Program-made: the position numbers and the translations under genes
Shown here: piece by piece, positions 33,176 to 42,074 of the stretch
Layout of the letters: each line of letters opens with the position of its first letter
How positions within the stretch are numbered: the first letter of the stretch is position 1
Notes under the pieces: generated by a model
The model's input: only the letters and a program-made list of their open reading frames with translations
Told to the model about the DNA's origin: nothing
Database searches by the model: none
NCBI GenBank assembly: GCA_037481655.1
Contig: JBBFLF010000005.1
Span: 9,981 to 73,980 of the forward strand
From: Desulfobaccales bacterium
GTDB lineage: Bacteria; Desulfobacterota; Desulfobaccia; Desulfobaccales; 0-14-0-80-60-11
Reading direction: 5' to 3'
Length of the DNA stretch: 64,000 bases

Positions 33176-35155
33176 ATGCGCCTCGGCATTGACACCGGCG
33201 GCACCTTCACGGATTTCGTGGCCTTGGGCGGGGCAGGGGGATTAGTCCACAAGGTGCCCTCCACCCCGGCCAACCCCTTGCGGGCCATCCTCCAGGGCCT
33301 GCGGGAGCTCTGTCCGGAGGGCCTTACCGGAGCCGAGGTGGTCCATGGCACTACCGTGGGCACCAATGCCTTCCTCACCCGCCGGGGCGCCCGGGTGGTG
33401 CTGGTCACCACTGCCGGCTTTGAAGATGTGCTCTTCATCGGCCGCCAGACCCGGGGAGAGCTCTTCAGCCTCGCCCCCCAAAAGCCGCCGCCCCTCATGC
33501 CCCGGGAACGGGTGGTGGGGGTCAGGGAGCGCCGGGGGGCGGACGGCGCGGTGATTGTGCCTCTCACCTCGGAGGAGCTGGCGCGGGTGCGGCGCCGGGT
33601 GGCGGAGCTCACCCCGGAGGCCGTAGCCGTCTGCCTGCTGCACGCCTATGCCTGGCCGGAGCACGAGGAACGCCTGGCCGCCGCCCTGGCGGACCTGGGC
33701 GTGCCCCTGTCCCTCTCCAGCCGGGTGCTTCCCGAAATCCGGGAGTTTGAGCGCACTGCCGCCACCGTCCTCAATGCCTACCTCACCCCGGTCCTGGAAA
33801 ATTACCTTACGGCCTGGGACCGGCAGGTATCGCAGGCGACCCTCCATCTCATGCATTCCGGCGGCGGCTTTCTCCCCGCCCGGCGGGCCGCTCATCTGGG
33901 GTTGGCCACGGTGCTCTCCGGGCCTGCCGGCGGGGTGGCGGGGGCCTGGAAGCTGGCCCGCCCCTACGCTCAGGACCGGCTCCTCACCCTGGACATGGGG
34001 GGCACCTCCACCGATGTGGCCCTGGTGGCCGGGGAACTGCCCTTCACCTCGGACTATGTCCTTGAGGGGTTCCCCCTGGGGATCCGGGTCCTGGACATCC
34101 ACACCGTGGGGGCCGGCGGCGGTTCCCTGGCCCGCCGGGACCGGGGCGGGGCGCTCAGGGTGGGGCCGGAGAGTGCCGGTGCCGACCCAGGGCCGGCCTG
34201 CTACGGCCGGGGGGAGGGGGTGACGGTCACCGACGCCCAGCTTTATCTGGGCCGCCTCCTCCCCGAGGCCTTCCTCGGCGGCCGCCTGGCCGTGGAGGAG
34301 CGGGCTGCGGCCCAGGCCCTGGAGCGCCTGGCCCGGGAGTTCCGGGTCCCGCCCCGGGAATTGGCCCTGGGCATTATCCGGGTGGCCAACACCCATATGG
34401 CCCGGGCGTTGGCCAAGGTGAGTCTGGAGCGGGGCCAGGACCCCCGGGATTTCACTTTGGTCAGTTTCGGCGGCGCCGGGGGGCTGCATGTCTGTGAGCT
34501 GGCCCGGGAACTGGGGGTGAGGCGCCTGCTGTTGCCTGCCCACGCCGGGGTCCTCTCCGCCCTCGGGTTGGCCCTGGCGGCGCCCCGGAGGGATGTTGCC
34601 GCCACCCTGCTTTTGGCCGATCCGGGCCTCACTTGGGAAAGGCTCTCCCGGGCGGCCCGGGAGCTTGAGGCCCGGGGTCGGGCGGAGTGGGAAGCCGACG
34701 GCCTGCCGGCGGAGGTCACCGTAACCGGCGAGGTGGAGGTGCGCTACCGGGGGCAGACCGACGCCCTGGCCGTGCCCTTGGCCCCGGATTTCCGGGAACG
34801 CTTCATCGCCCGGCACCGGTTTCTTTACGGCCACGCCTGGGAGGACCGGGAGCTGGAGGCGGTGACGCTGCGGCTCCACTTTCTGGGTCCGGAGCGTTTC
34901 GAGAATCTGCCGCCTCTGGCCCCGGCCCGATTGGGCCCCCGACCCACCCCTGCAACCCGGCAGCGGCTGGTCCTGGAGGAGGGGGAGGTCCGGGAGGTGC
35001 CCTTCATCTGGCGGCCGGAGCTGGCCCCCGGGGACCTCCTCCGGGGTCCGGCCCTCATCGGGGAGGATTTCGCCACCCACCTGCTCTTAAAAGGCTTTCA
35101 GGCCCATGTGACCCGGGAGGGGCACCTCCTCGTGGAGGACCAAGGGGCGAGATAA
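33176..35155 (+). CDS. Hydantoinase A/5-oxoprolinase ATPase subunit family
   Basis: GIDTGGTFTD, HGTTVGTNA, LSGPAGG, DMGGTSTD, GAGGGS, SAGADPGPACYG. Confidence 0.92.
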   Translation: MRLGIDTGGTFTDFVALGGAGGLVHKVPSTPANPLRAILQGLRELCPEGLTGAEVVHGTTVGTNAFLTRRGARVVLVTTAGFEDVLFIGRQTRGELFSLAPQKPPPLMPRERVVGVRERRGADGAVIVPLTSEELARVRRRVAELTPEAVAVCLLHAYAWPEHEERLAAALADLGVPLSLSSRVLPEIREFERTAATVLNAYLTPVLENYLTAWDRQVSQATLHLMHSGGGFLPARRAAHLGLATVLSGPAGGVAGAWKLARPYAQDRLLTLDMGGTSTDVALVAGELPFTSDYVLEGFPLGIRVLDIHTVGAGGGSLARRDRGGALRVGPESAGADPGPACYGRGEGVTVTDAQLYLGRLLPEAFLGGRLAVEERAAAQALERLAREFRVPPRELALGIIRVANTHMARALAKVSLERGQDPRDFTLVSFGGAGGLHVCELARELGVRRLLLPAHAGVLSALGLALAAPRRDVAATLLLADPGLTWERLSRAARELEARGRAEWEADGLPAEVTVTGEVEVRYRGQTDALAVPLAPDFRERFIARHRFLYGHAWEDRELEAVTLRLHFLGPERFENLPPLAPARLGPRPTPATRQRLVLEEGEVREVPFIWRPELAPGDLLRGPALIGEDFATHLLLKGFQAHVTREGHLLVEDQGAR

Positions 35156-35308
35156 AAAATTTGTCCGGGGCAGCCAAGCTTTTTATTAGTTGAAATTATA
35201 AAGAAAACAGATAGTTACCCTAATAAAAGGTCTCAGGGGGCTTTCTCCGGCCAAATTTTTGAACCCTTCTCCGCCCAGGGGGGCCGCCGCTTTTTTCTCT
35301 GATAAGTT

Positions 35309-35321
35309 TAACCCATTGATA
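35309..35321 (-). promoter_or_regulatory. IHF binding site
   Basis: Minus strand TATCAATGGGTTA is an exact WATCAANNNNTTR match, 30-42 bp upstream of a sigma54 promoter in an AT-rich tract. Confidence 0.7.
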
Positions 35322-35350
35322 TTGCTAATAATATAAATTTGTCGCCAATT

Positions 35351-35365
35351 TGGCACGCTAGCTGC
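35351..35365 (+). promoter_or_regulatory. Sigma54 (-24/-12) promoter
   Basis: TGGCAC-GCTAG-CTGC with correct GG/GC spacing. Confidence 0.75.
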
Positions 35366-35376
35366 ATGGGTAATTA

Positions 35377-35490
35377 AGCGTATATGAACCCAACATAAGG
35401 TACCCACATCCCCCCCTTACAGAGTTCATATACCATTTTCTCCTTTCACCCGACCGGCCGGGTCCTCCCCCACCCGGCCGGTCCCTTTTT
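35377..35490 (+). ncRNA. Putative sigma54-dependent small RNA with C-rich loops
   Basis: Predicted +1 at 35377; perfect 10-bp stem 35380-35389/35424-35433; perfect 12-bp terminator stem 35452-35463/35472-35483 then CC and T5. Confidence 0.7.
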
Positions 35491-35494
35491 GGCC

Positions 35495-35917
35495 TTACTC
35501 CCGGGTCAGCCGGTAATGCAGGGCGGTGATGAGCTGGCAGAGGATCTCACCGTCAATCTTGGTTTTTTGGAAGTAGCCCACTAGACCGACGATCCCGGCG
35601 GCGGCCGTCCACCCTATGGGCCCCAGGATAACGCCCAAGATCGTGCTGGTGAGCAGGTAAGCCTTGAAGGGCAGAGCAATTCCCAGGAGCAAGGCCAGGG
35701 CCTTGAGCCCGGTGGCCGCGGCCAGATAGCCCCCAAAAGTGTCATAGTCAGAGCTGCCAGCCCTAAGGGGTATGGGACCTGGAGCCATGCCCCGAGGGCT
35801 TGGGCCGTCATCTTCGCCCTTCCAGCGCCTCCCTAAGCCAAAGGGGGCGGGCCAGGTGCGCCGGGTCCAGCCCGAAGCCTTGGGTGCGGGAGGGACCTTT
35901 GTCCCCGGGATTCTCAC
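35495..35917 (-). pseudogene. Probable gene remnant; hydrophobic C-terminal fragment reminiscent of YaaW-like proteins
   Basis: Last ~80 codons protein-like (GGYLAA..LGVILGPIGW); 5' part lacks a credible start/RBS and looks non-coding. Confidence 0.35.
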
Positions 35918-35927
35918 ACCGCCCTTC

Positions 35928-35981
35928 CTAAGAAAATTCTAACATTTCCCTTACGCCATCCTGACACCTCCCCGGGATACT
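35928..35981 (+). promoter_or_regulatory. Pho-box-like array and -10 element of pstS
   Basis: CTAAGA, CTAACA, CTTACG, CTGACA at 35928/35939/35950/35961 (exact 11-bp period), then GATACT. Confidence 0.7.
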
Positions 35982-36026
35982 GGTACCTGACCGAAAACGT
36001 CACTTTTGCTCACAAAGGAGAATCCA

Positions 36027-37064
36027 ATGGTAAAAATTCTTGCCCTTCTCTGTGCCACCCTGCTCACGGTGTCCCCGGTGGCGGCCCAGATCACCATCAA
36101 CGGCGCGGGCGCTTCCTTTCCCTACCCGTTGTATTCCCAGTGGGCCCACAAGTATAACCAGGTGACGGGCACCAAGATCAACTACCAGTCCATCGGCTCC
36201 GGCGGCGGCATCGCCCAGATCAAGGCCAAGACCGTGGACTTCGGCGGCACCGATGAGCCCCTCACCCCGGAAGATCTGGACAAGAGCGGTCTCATCCAGT
36301 TCCCCACCGTCATGGGGGGCGTGGTGCCCATCATCAACGTGGAGGGCATCAAGACCCGGGAGCTGAAGCTGGACGGCATCACCCTGGCCCACATCTTCCT
36401 GGGCATCGTCAACAAGTGGGATGACCCGGCCATCAAGAAGCTCAATCCTGACCTGAAGCTCCCCTCCCAGCCCATCACCGTGGCCCATCGCACCGACGGC
36501 TCCGGCACCACCTTCATCTTCACCAGCTATCTGGCGGCGGTCTCCCCGGAGTGGAAAAACAAGGTGGGGGCCGGCAAGGCGGTGAAGTGGCCGGCGGAAA
36601 ACAGCATCGGCGGCAAGGGCAATGAGGGTGTGGCCGGTCAGGTGAAGGCGGTGAAAGGCGCCATCGGTTACGTGGAGTATGCCTACGCCCTGCAGAACAA
36701 GATCCCTTATGTCCAGCTCATGAACCGGGCCGGGAAGTTTGTCGCCCCCAGCATCGAGACCTTCCAGGCGGCGGCGGCCAACGCCGACTGGACCAAGGCC
36801 CCCAAGGGCTTCTCCCTCTCCCTCATCGACCAGCCCGGGGACAACTCCTGGCCCATTGTCGGCGCCACCTACATCATGATGCACAAGGAGCAGCCCGACG
36901 CCGCCAAGGGCAAGGAAATTCTCAAATTCTTTGACTGGGCCTTCAAGCATGGCGGGGACATGGCCAAGGAACTCCATTACGTGCCCCTGCCGGAGAAGGT
37001 GGTCAAGATGGTGGAGGACAGCTGGAAGGAAGTGAAATCCGGCGGCAAACCCTTGTGGCCGTAA
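36027..37064 (+). CDS. pstS: Phosphate ABC transporter substrate-binding protein
   Basis: INGAGASFPYP, YQSIGSGGG, HRTDGSGTT, GKGNEGV, IGYVEY. Confidence 0.97.
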   Translation: MVKILALLCATLLTVSPVAAQITINGAGASFPYPLYSQWAHKYNQVTGTKINYQSIGSGGGIAQIKAKTVDFGGTDEPLTPEDLDKSGLIQFPTVMGGVVPIINVEGIKTRELKLDGITLAHIFLGIVNKWDDPAIKKLNPDLKLPSQPITVAHRTDGSGTTFIFTSYLAAVSPEWKNKVGAGKAVKWPAENSIGGKGNEGVAGQVKAVKGAIGYVEYAYALQNKIPYVQLMNRAGKFVAPSIETFQAAAANADWTKAPKGFSLSLIDQPGDNSWPIVGATYIMMHKEQPDAAKGKEILKFFDWAFKHGGDMAKELHYVPLPEKVVKMVEDSWKEVKSGGKPLWP

Positions 37065-37149
37065 ACATCCTCCGGTAAGTATGAGGGGGGAGGGGACGGC
37101 TATTCCGGCCTCTCCCCCTTTGAGCCTCAGGATAAGGGATGATGGCCCG

Positions 37150-38142
37150 ATGAAACAGGACGCGGCTTTGGACAAGGCGGCCGCAGAGGCGGTCCTGGCG
37201 CCCACCGCCGGCCCTACGCCGGTGTTCATAGCCCTGGGGGACCGGGTGTTCCGGGGGTTGACCGCGGTGGCGGCCCTCCTCGTGCCTGCCGTCATCCTCG
37301 CCATCGGCCTCGATCTCTTCATCACGTCGTACCCGGCCTTGGCCAAGTTCGGGCCCCGATTTCTCCTCTCCCAGGAATGGAACCCGGTCACCCAGCAGTT
37401 CGGCGCCGCCAGCTCCATTTACGGCACGGTGATGTCCACCCTCATCGCCATGGTCATCGCCCTGCCCTTGAGTCTGGCCATCGCCCTTTTCCTGGTAGAG
37501 CTGGCGCCCCCCAAGGTGAGCCAGGTGGTGGGTACCATGATTGAGCTGCTGGCCGCCATTCCCAGCATCATTTACGGCATGTGGGGGCTGTTTGTCTTTG
37601 CCCCCCTCATGGCCACCTATGTGCAGCCGGTGCTGGGGAAGTATCTGGGCTTCCTGCCGCTCTTCTCCGGCCCCCCCTTGGGCATCGGCATGCTCACCGC
37701 CGGCATCATCCTGGCCATCATGATTCTGCCTTTCATGAGCGCCATCGCCCGGGACGTCTTTGCCCTGGTCCCCAATGTGGTGAAGGAATCGGCCTACGGC
37801 CTGGGGGCCACCACCTGGGAGGTCACCTACAAAGTGACCATCCCCTATGGCCTGGTGGGGCTTTTGGGAGCCATGTTTCTGGGGCTGGGGCGGGCCTTGG
37901 GGGAGACCATGGCGGTGACCTTCGTCATCGGCAATGCCCACCGCATCTCCCTTTCCCTCTTTGCCCCCGGGAACACCATCGCCTCCACCCTGGCCAATGA
38001 ATTCAGCGAGGCCACCGAGCCCATCTATGTCAGCTCGCTGGTGGCCCTGGGGCTGGTGCTCTATCTGGTCACCTTCCTGGTGCAGGTGGTCTCCCAGTGG
38101 CTTTTGAGGCGCATGTACCGGGCCTGGAGCGTGGGCTTATGA
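37150..38142 (+). CDS. pstC: Phosphate ABC transporter permease
   Basis: ELLAAIPSIIYGMWG, ESAYGLGAT, GRALGETMAV. Confidence 0.96.
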   Translation: MKQDAALDKAAAEAVLAPTAGPTPVFIALGDRVFRGLTAVAALLVPAVILAIGLDLFITSYPALAKFGPRFLLSQEWNPVTQQFGAASSIYGTVMSTLIAMVIALPLSLAIALFLVELAPPKVSQVVGTMIELLAAIPSIIYGMWGLFVFAPLMATYVQPVLGKYLGFLPLFSGPPLGIGMLTAGIILAIMILPFMSAIARDVFALVPNVVKESAYGLGATTWEVTYKVTIPYGLVGLLGAMFLGLGRALGETMAVTFVIGNAHRISLSLFAPGNTIASTLANEFSEATEPIYVSSLVALGLVLYLVTFLVQVVSQWLLRRMYRAWSVGL

Positions 38143-38984
38143 AGTATCGCCCCCCCACCGGCCGCAAGCTTGTCAACTGGGTGGTGAGCGGTGGCGCCGC
38201 CGCCTCCGCCATGGTGGGCATCGTCTTTTTGGTGTGGATCACCTGGGAGGTGCTGTATCGGGGGGTCACCGCCCTGAACTGGGACTTTTTTACTCACCTT
38301 CCCACCCCTCCCGGCGTGCCGGGTGGGGGGTTGGCCAACGCCATTGTGGGCACGCTGGTGCTTACCGCCGCGGCCACCGCCCTTTCCGTGCCTTTGGGGC
38401 TCTTGGCGGGCATCTATCTGGCGGAGTTTGCCGAGGACTCCCGCCTGGGGGATTTGAGCCGCTTTTCCGCCAATGTGCTCATGGGCCTGCCCTCCATCAT
38501 CGTGGGGGTCTTTGCCTATGCCCTGGTGGTCCTGCCCCTGGGGAATTTCTGCGGCTATGCCGGGGTGGTGGCCTTGGCGGTGATCATGCTCCCCGTGGTC
38601 ACCCGCACCACCGAGGACATGCTCCGGCTGGTGCCCAATACCCTTAGGGAGGCGGCCCTGGCTTTGGGGGCGCCCCGCTGGCGGGTGACCCTGGCGGTGG
38701 TCTTTCGGGCCGCCAAATCCGGGCTCATCACCGGCATTTTGCTGGCCGTGGCCCGGGTAAGCGGCGAAACTGCGCCTCTGCTCTTCACCGCCTTGAACAG
38801 CCCTTTCTGGTTCCACTCCCTGGCGGAACCCACTCCCAATCTCACGGTGACCATCTTCAACTACGCCATGAGTCCCTACCCCGACTGGCAAGAGAAGGCC
38901 TGGGGCGCCTCTTTTCTCATCACCTTCGGGGTCTTGTGGATCACCATCGTGACCCGGGTGATGCTCCGGGAACGCAAGGGATAA
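38139..38984 (+). CDS. pstA: Phosphate ABC transporter permease
   Basis: GGLANAIVGT, LPSIIVG, REAALALGA, ARVSGETAPLLFT. Confidence 0.96.
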   Translation: MKYRPPTGRKLVNWVVSGGAAASAMVGIVFLVWITWEVLYRGVTALNWDFFTHLPTPPGVPGGGLANAIVGTLVLTAAATALSVPLGLLAGIYLAEFAEDSRLGDLSRFSANVLMGLPSIIVGVFAYALVVLPLGNFCGYAGVVALAVIMLPVVTRTTEDMLRLVPNTLREAALALGAPRWRVTLAVVFRAAKSGLITGILLAVARVSGETAPLLFTALNSPFWFHSLAEPTPNLTVTIFNYAMSPYPDWQEKAWGASFLITFGVLWITIVTRVMLRERKG

Positions 38985-38987
38985 CCT

Positions 38988-39836
38988 ATGGACACTTCCT
39001 CCCCCAGCGTGACGGCGCCGCCGTATTGCGACCGGACGGCCCCGCCTCCCAAGATCCAAGTCCGTAATCTCAATTTCTATTACGGCCGTCACCAGGCCCT
39101 GTTCAATAATCATCTGGACATCCCCGAGCGCCGGGTGACCGCCATCATCGGGCCCTCCGGCTGCGGCAAGTCCACCCACATCCGCACCTACAACCGCATC
39201 TATGAGCTTTATCCCGACCAGCGGGCCGACGGGGAGATCTGGCTGGACGGCCACAATCTCCTCAGCCCCGAGACGGACGTCATGCAGGTGCGCCGGAGGC
39301 TGGGCATGGTCTTCCAGCGGCCGGTGCCCTTTCCTTTAAGCATCTTCGACAATGTGGCCTTTGGCTTGCGGCAGCAGCGCCTCCCCCGGGAAGAATTGGC
39401 CGGCCGGGTGGAGGAGGCTCTCAAGAAGGCGGCGCTGTGGGAGGAAGTCAAGGACGTGCTGCACCGTCCGGGCACTTCCCTCTCCGGCGGTCAGCAGCAG
39501 CGCCTGTGCATCGCCCGGGCCGTGGTCATGGAGCCCGAGGTGCTCCTCATGGATGAGCCCTGCAGCGCCATCGATCCGGTGGCCACCGCCAAGATCGAGG
39601 AGTTGATTCTCGAACTGAAAGAGAAATATACTATCGTTATCGTCACCCATAACATGCAGCAGGCGGCCCGGATCTCTGATGTCACCGCCTATTTTTACCA
39701 GGGTCGGATCCTCAAGGCCGGGCCCACGGCGGAGATCTTTCAGGAGTTTTCCCTCCTGGAGGAGGTTCCCACCCAAGAAAGGCTTGAGGCCCTCCTGGCC
39801 CATGCCCGGGAAACCCAGGCGCCCCTGGTGTCCTGA
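38988..39836 (+). CDS. pstB: Phosphate ABC transporter ATP-binding protein (copy 1, divergent C-terminus)
   Basis: [39 protein letters not shown]. Confidence 0.9.
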   Translation: MDTSSPSVTAPPYCDRTAPPPKIQVRNLNFYYGRHQALFNNHLDIPERRVTAIIGPSGCGKSTHIRTYNRIYELYPDQRADGEIWLDGHNLLSPETDVMQVRRRLGMVFQRPVPFPLSIFDNVAFGLRQQRLPREELAGRVEEALKKAALWEEVKDVLHRPGTSLSGGQQQRLCIARAVVMEPEVLLMDEPCSAIDPVATAKIEELILELKEKYTIVIVTHNMQQAARISDVTAYFYQGRILKAGPTAEIFQEFSLLEEVPTQERLEALLAHARETQAPLVS

Positions 39837-39865
39837 GCCTGCCTGCGCCTCTTTCGATGCGTGCG

Positions 39866-40705
39866 ATGGAAATGGCCCATAAACTTCCCGAGGTGCCGGT
39901 GACTGAGGAGGAACTGCCCGCTTCCGCCCGGTTGCTGGCCTCCTTCGGCCTGACGAGCAAGGTGGCCACCCGGCACCTCAATTTTTACTACGGCGACACC
40001 CAGGCCCTCTTCGACAACAACCTGGACATCGCCTTAAACCGGGTCACCGCCATCATCGGGCCCTCCGGGTGCGGCAAATCCACCCACCTAAGGGTCTACA
40101 ACCGCATCTACGAGCTCTACCGGGACCAGCGGGCCGAGGGGCAGGTGCTCCTGGACGGGGTCAATGTCCTGGACCCCGGCTTCGATCTCATGGAGCTGCG
40201 GCGCCGGGTGGGCATGATCTTCCAGAAGCCCACCCCCTTCCCCATGAGCGTCTTTGACAACGTGGCCTACGGCTTAAAGATGCACTACCGCCTGAGCAAA
40301 AGCGAGATCGCCGACCGGGTGGAGACCGCTTTGAAAAAAGCGGCCCTGTGGGATGAGGTGAAGGACTTCCTCAAAAAACCGGGCACCTCGCTCTCCGGCG
40401 GCCAGCAGCAGCGGCTGTGCATCGCCCGCAGCATCGTGGTGGAGCCCGAGGTGCTCCTGATGGATGAGCCCTGCAGCGCCATTGACCCCATCGGCACCGC
40501 CAAGATCGAGGAGCTCATCAACGAACTCAAAGCCAACTACACCATCGTCATCGTCACCCACAACATGCAGCAGGCGGCCCGGGTGTCCGACTTCACCGCC
40601 TTCTTCTTTCAGGGCCGCATCATCGAATTCGACACCACCCAGAAGATCTTCACCAACCCGGCCAACCGGCAGACGGAAGCTTACATCACCGGCCGCTTCG
40701 GCTGA
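39866..40705 (+). CDS. pstB: Phosphate ABC transporter ATP-binding protein (copy 2)
   Basis: Same motifs plus canonical [11 protein letters not shown]-terminus; start uncertain. Confidence 0.94.
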   Translation: MEMAHKLPEVPVTEEELPASARLLASFGLTSKVATRHLNFYYGDTQALFDNNLDIALNRVTAIIGPSGCGKSTHLRVYNRIYELYRDQRAEGQVLLDGVNVLDPGFDLMELRRRVGMIFQKPTPFPMSVFDNVAYGLKMHYRLSKSEIADRVETALKKAALWDEVKDFLKKPGTSLSGGQQQRLCIARSIVVEPEVLLMDEPCSAIDPIGTAKIEELINELKANYTIVIVTHNMQQAARVSDFTAFFFQGRIIEFDTTQKIFTNPANRQTEAYITGRFG

Positions 40706-40878
40706 TCCGGTCCTGCCCGCCCCAGAGTGAGACCGTGGCAGAGAGCTCTGGAGAGAGGGCCTCATGGCCGCCGGCCCCTGCCTCCTCTCATAGACCCTTT
40801 TATCCACACTTAGAAAGTGGGGGGACTTGGGCGAAGGGCCACTGACCTCCCGGCTCTCCGCTCACCATCATTTTCGCC

Positions 40879-40908
40879 AAAAAAAACCTCCCGCGGCAGG
40901 CGGGAGGT
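40879..40908 (-). terminator. Intrinsic terminator of the USP gene
   Basis: ACCTCCCGC-GGCAG-GCGGGAGGT stem with an adjacent A-tract (T-tract on minus strand). Confidence 0.8.
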
Positions 40909-40940
40909 CACGAGGGAGAGAGGAACTGCGATAAGGCCGT

Positions 40941-41384
40941 TTATTGCGGATAAATGGTAAGCACCGGGATTTTGGAGTTGCGCACCACTTTGTCGCAGAC
41001 GCTGCCGAAGATGGCCCGCTCCAGGCCCTTGCGGCCATGGGTGCCCATGATGATGAGGTCCACTCCCTCCTTCTGGGCTACTTCCAGGATCTTGTCCGCG
41101 GGCGGGCCCTGCACCACCAGGGTCTCCACCTTGGGAAAATCCTTGAAGACTTCCTGGCGGATTTCGGCCATCTTCTGCTGGGCCGCCTTCATGGTCTCTT
41201 CCTGCATGGTCTTGAGGTAGGGGTGCGGCACATAAAAAGAGGTGAAGCTGGTCAGATCCTGGGTCACGAACAGGACCACCAGGGTGGCGTCAAACTTCTT
41301 CACCAGGGTGGTGACCCAGGGGAGCAGCGGATCGATTTTCTCAGTTAAATCAATGGGAAAGAGGATTTTCTGCACCTGCTTCAT
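40941..41384 (-). CDS. Universal stress protein
   Basis: ILFPID, DLIIMGTHGRKG..FGSVCDKVVR..PVL. Confidence 0.93.
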   Translation of the reverse strand: MKQVQKILFPIDLTEKIDPLLPWVTTLVKKFDATLVVLFVTQDLTSFTSFYVPHPYLKTMQEETMKAAQQKMAEIRQEVFKDFPKVETLVVQGPPADKILEVAQKEGVDLIIMGTHGRKGLERAIFGSVCDKVVRNSKIPVLTIYPQ

Positions 41385-41569
41385 CGAGACAGCCTCCCTT
41401 CGGCCCGGGTGGAGGATTTGTGAAAATCGTCATTTACTCCTACCACCCCCCCACCCTCCTTGTCAAGTCAAAAACCCCGGCACTCTGCCGGAATGCGGCC
41501 TTGAGGGGGCGGAAAAAATCCTTGCCAAAAAAAGATTTCGTTATTATATTCCGTCCGGAATCCGATGCC

Positions 41570-41983
41570 ATGCAGGAGGACACGGTCATAGGCGAGATCC
41601 GTTACAGCCGGGATCATGTGTGGGTCCGCTCCGATGACGACATTCGGGTGACCTTGGGGATCACCGATTATCTCCAGGAAAAACTGGGGGAGATTTACTC
41701 CATCAAGCTCCCGGAGGAAGGCGAGGAGATCATCAAGGAAGAGGCGTTCAGCACCGTGGACGCCAAATTCGGCCGCCGGGAACTCATCGCCCCCATCTCC
41801 GGCGAAGTCATCGAGGTCAACTACGAGGCCGTGGAGGTCCCCGAGATCATCAATGAGGACCCCTTGGCGGAGGGCTGGCTCCTCAAGGTGGAGATGCCCT
41901 CCGGCGCGGAATTTGACGACCTGCTCACCGAAGAGGAATACGAAGAGTACCTAAGCGAAGAGGCCGAGAGCGAGGAGGAGTGA
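41570..41983 (+). CDS. Glycine cleavage H-like protein (atypical lipoyl site)
   Basis: YSRDHVWV, LGITDYLQEKLG, APISGEVIEVN, INEDPLAEGWL; canonical Lys position occupied by Phe. Confidence 0.85.
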   Translation: MQEDTVIGEIRYSRDHVWVRSDDDIRVTLGITDYLQEKLGEIYSIKLPEEGEEIIKEEAFSTVDAKFGRRELIAPISGEVIEVNYEAVEVPEIINEDPLAEGWLLKVEMPSGAEFDDLLTEEEYEEYLSEEAESEEE

Positions 41984-42074
41984 CACCGCCGGCCCTTTAT
42001 GGCTCCCAAGCTGGGGTCGCACCGGCCCCGGCTTTTCTGTTTTGCGCCTGCCACTTTCTGTGCTATAAATAATT

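Noticed and set aside
40800..40808. oriC suggested by a TTATCCACA DnaA box
   Set aside because: A single box inside a repeat-like element, with no box cluster, unwinding element or dnaA/dnaN
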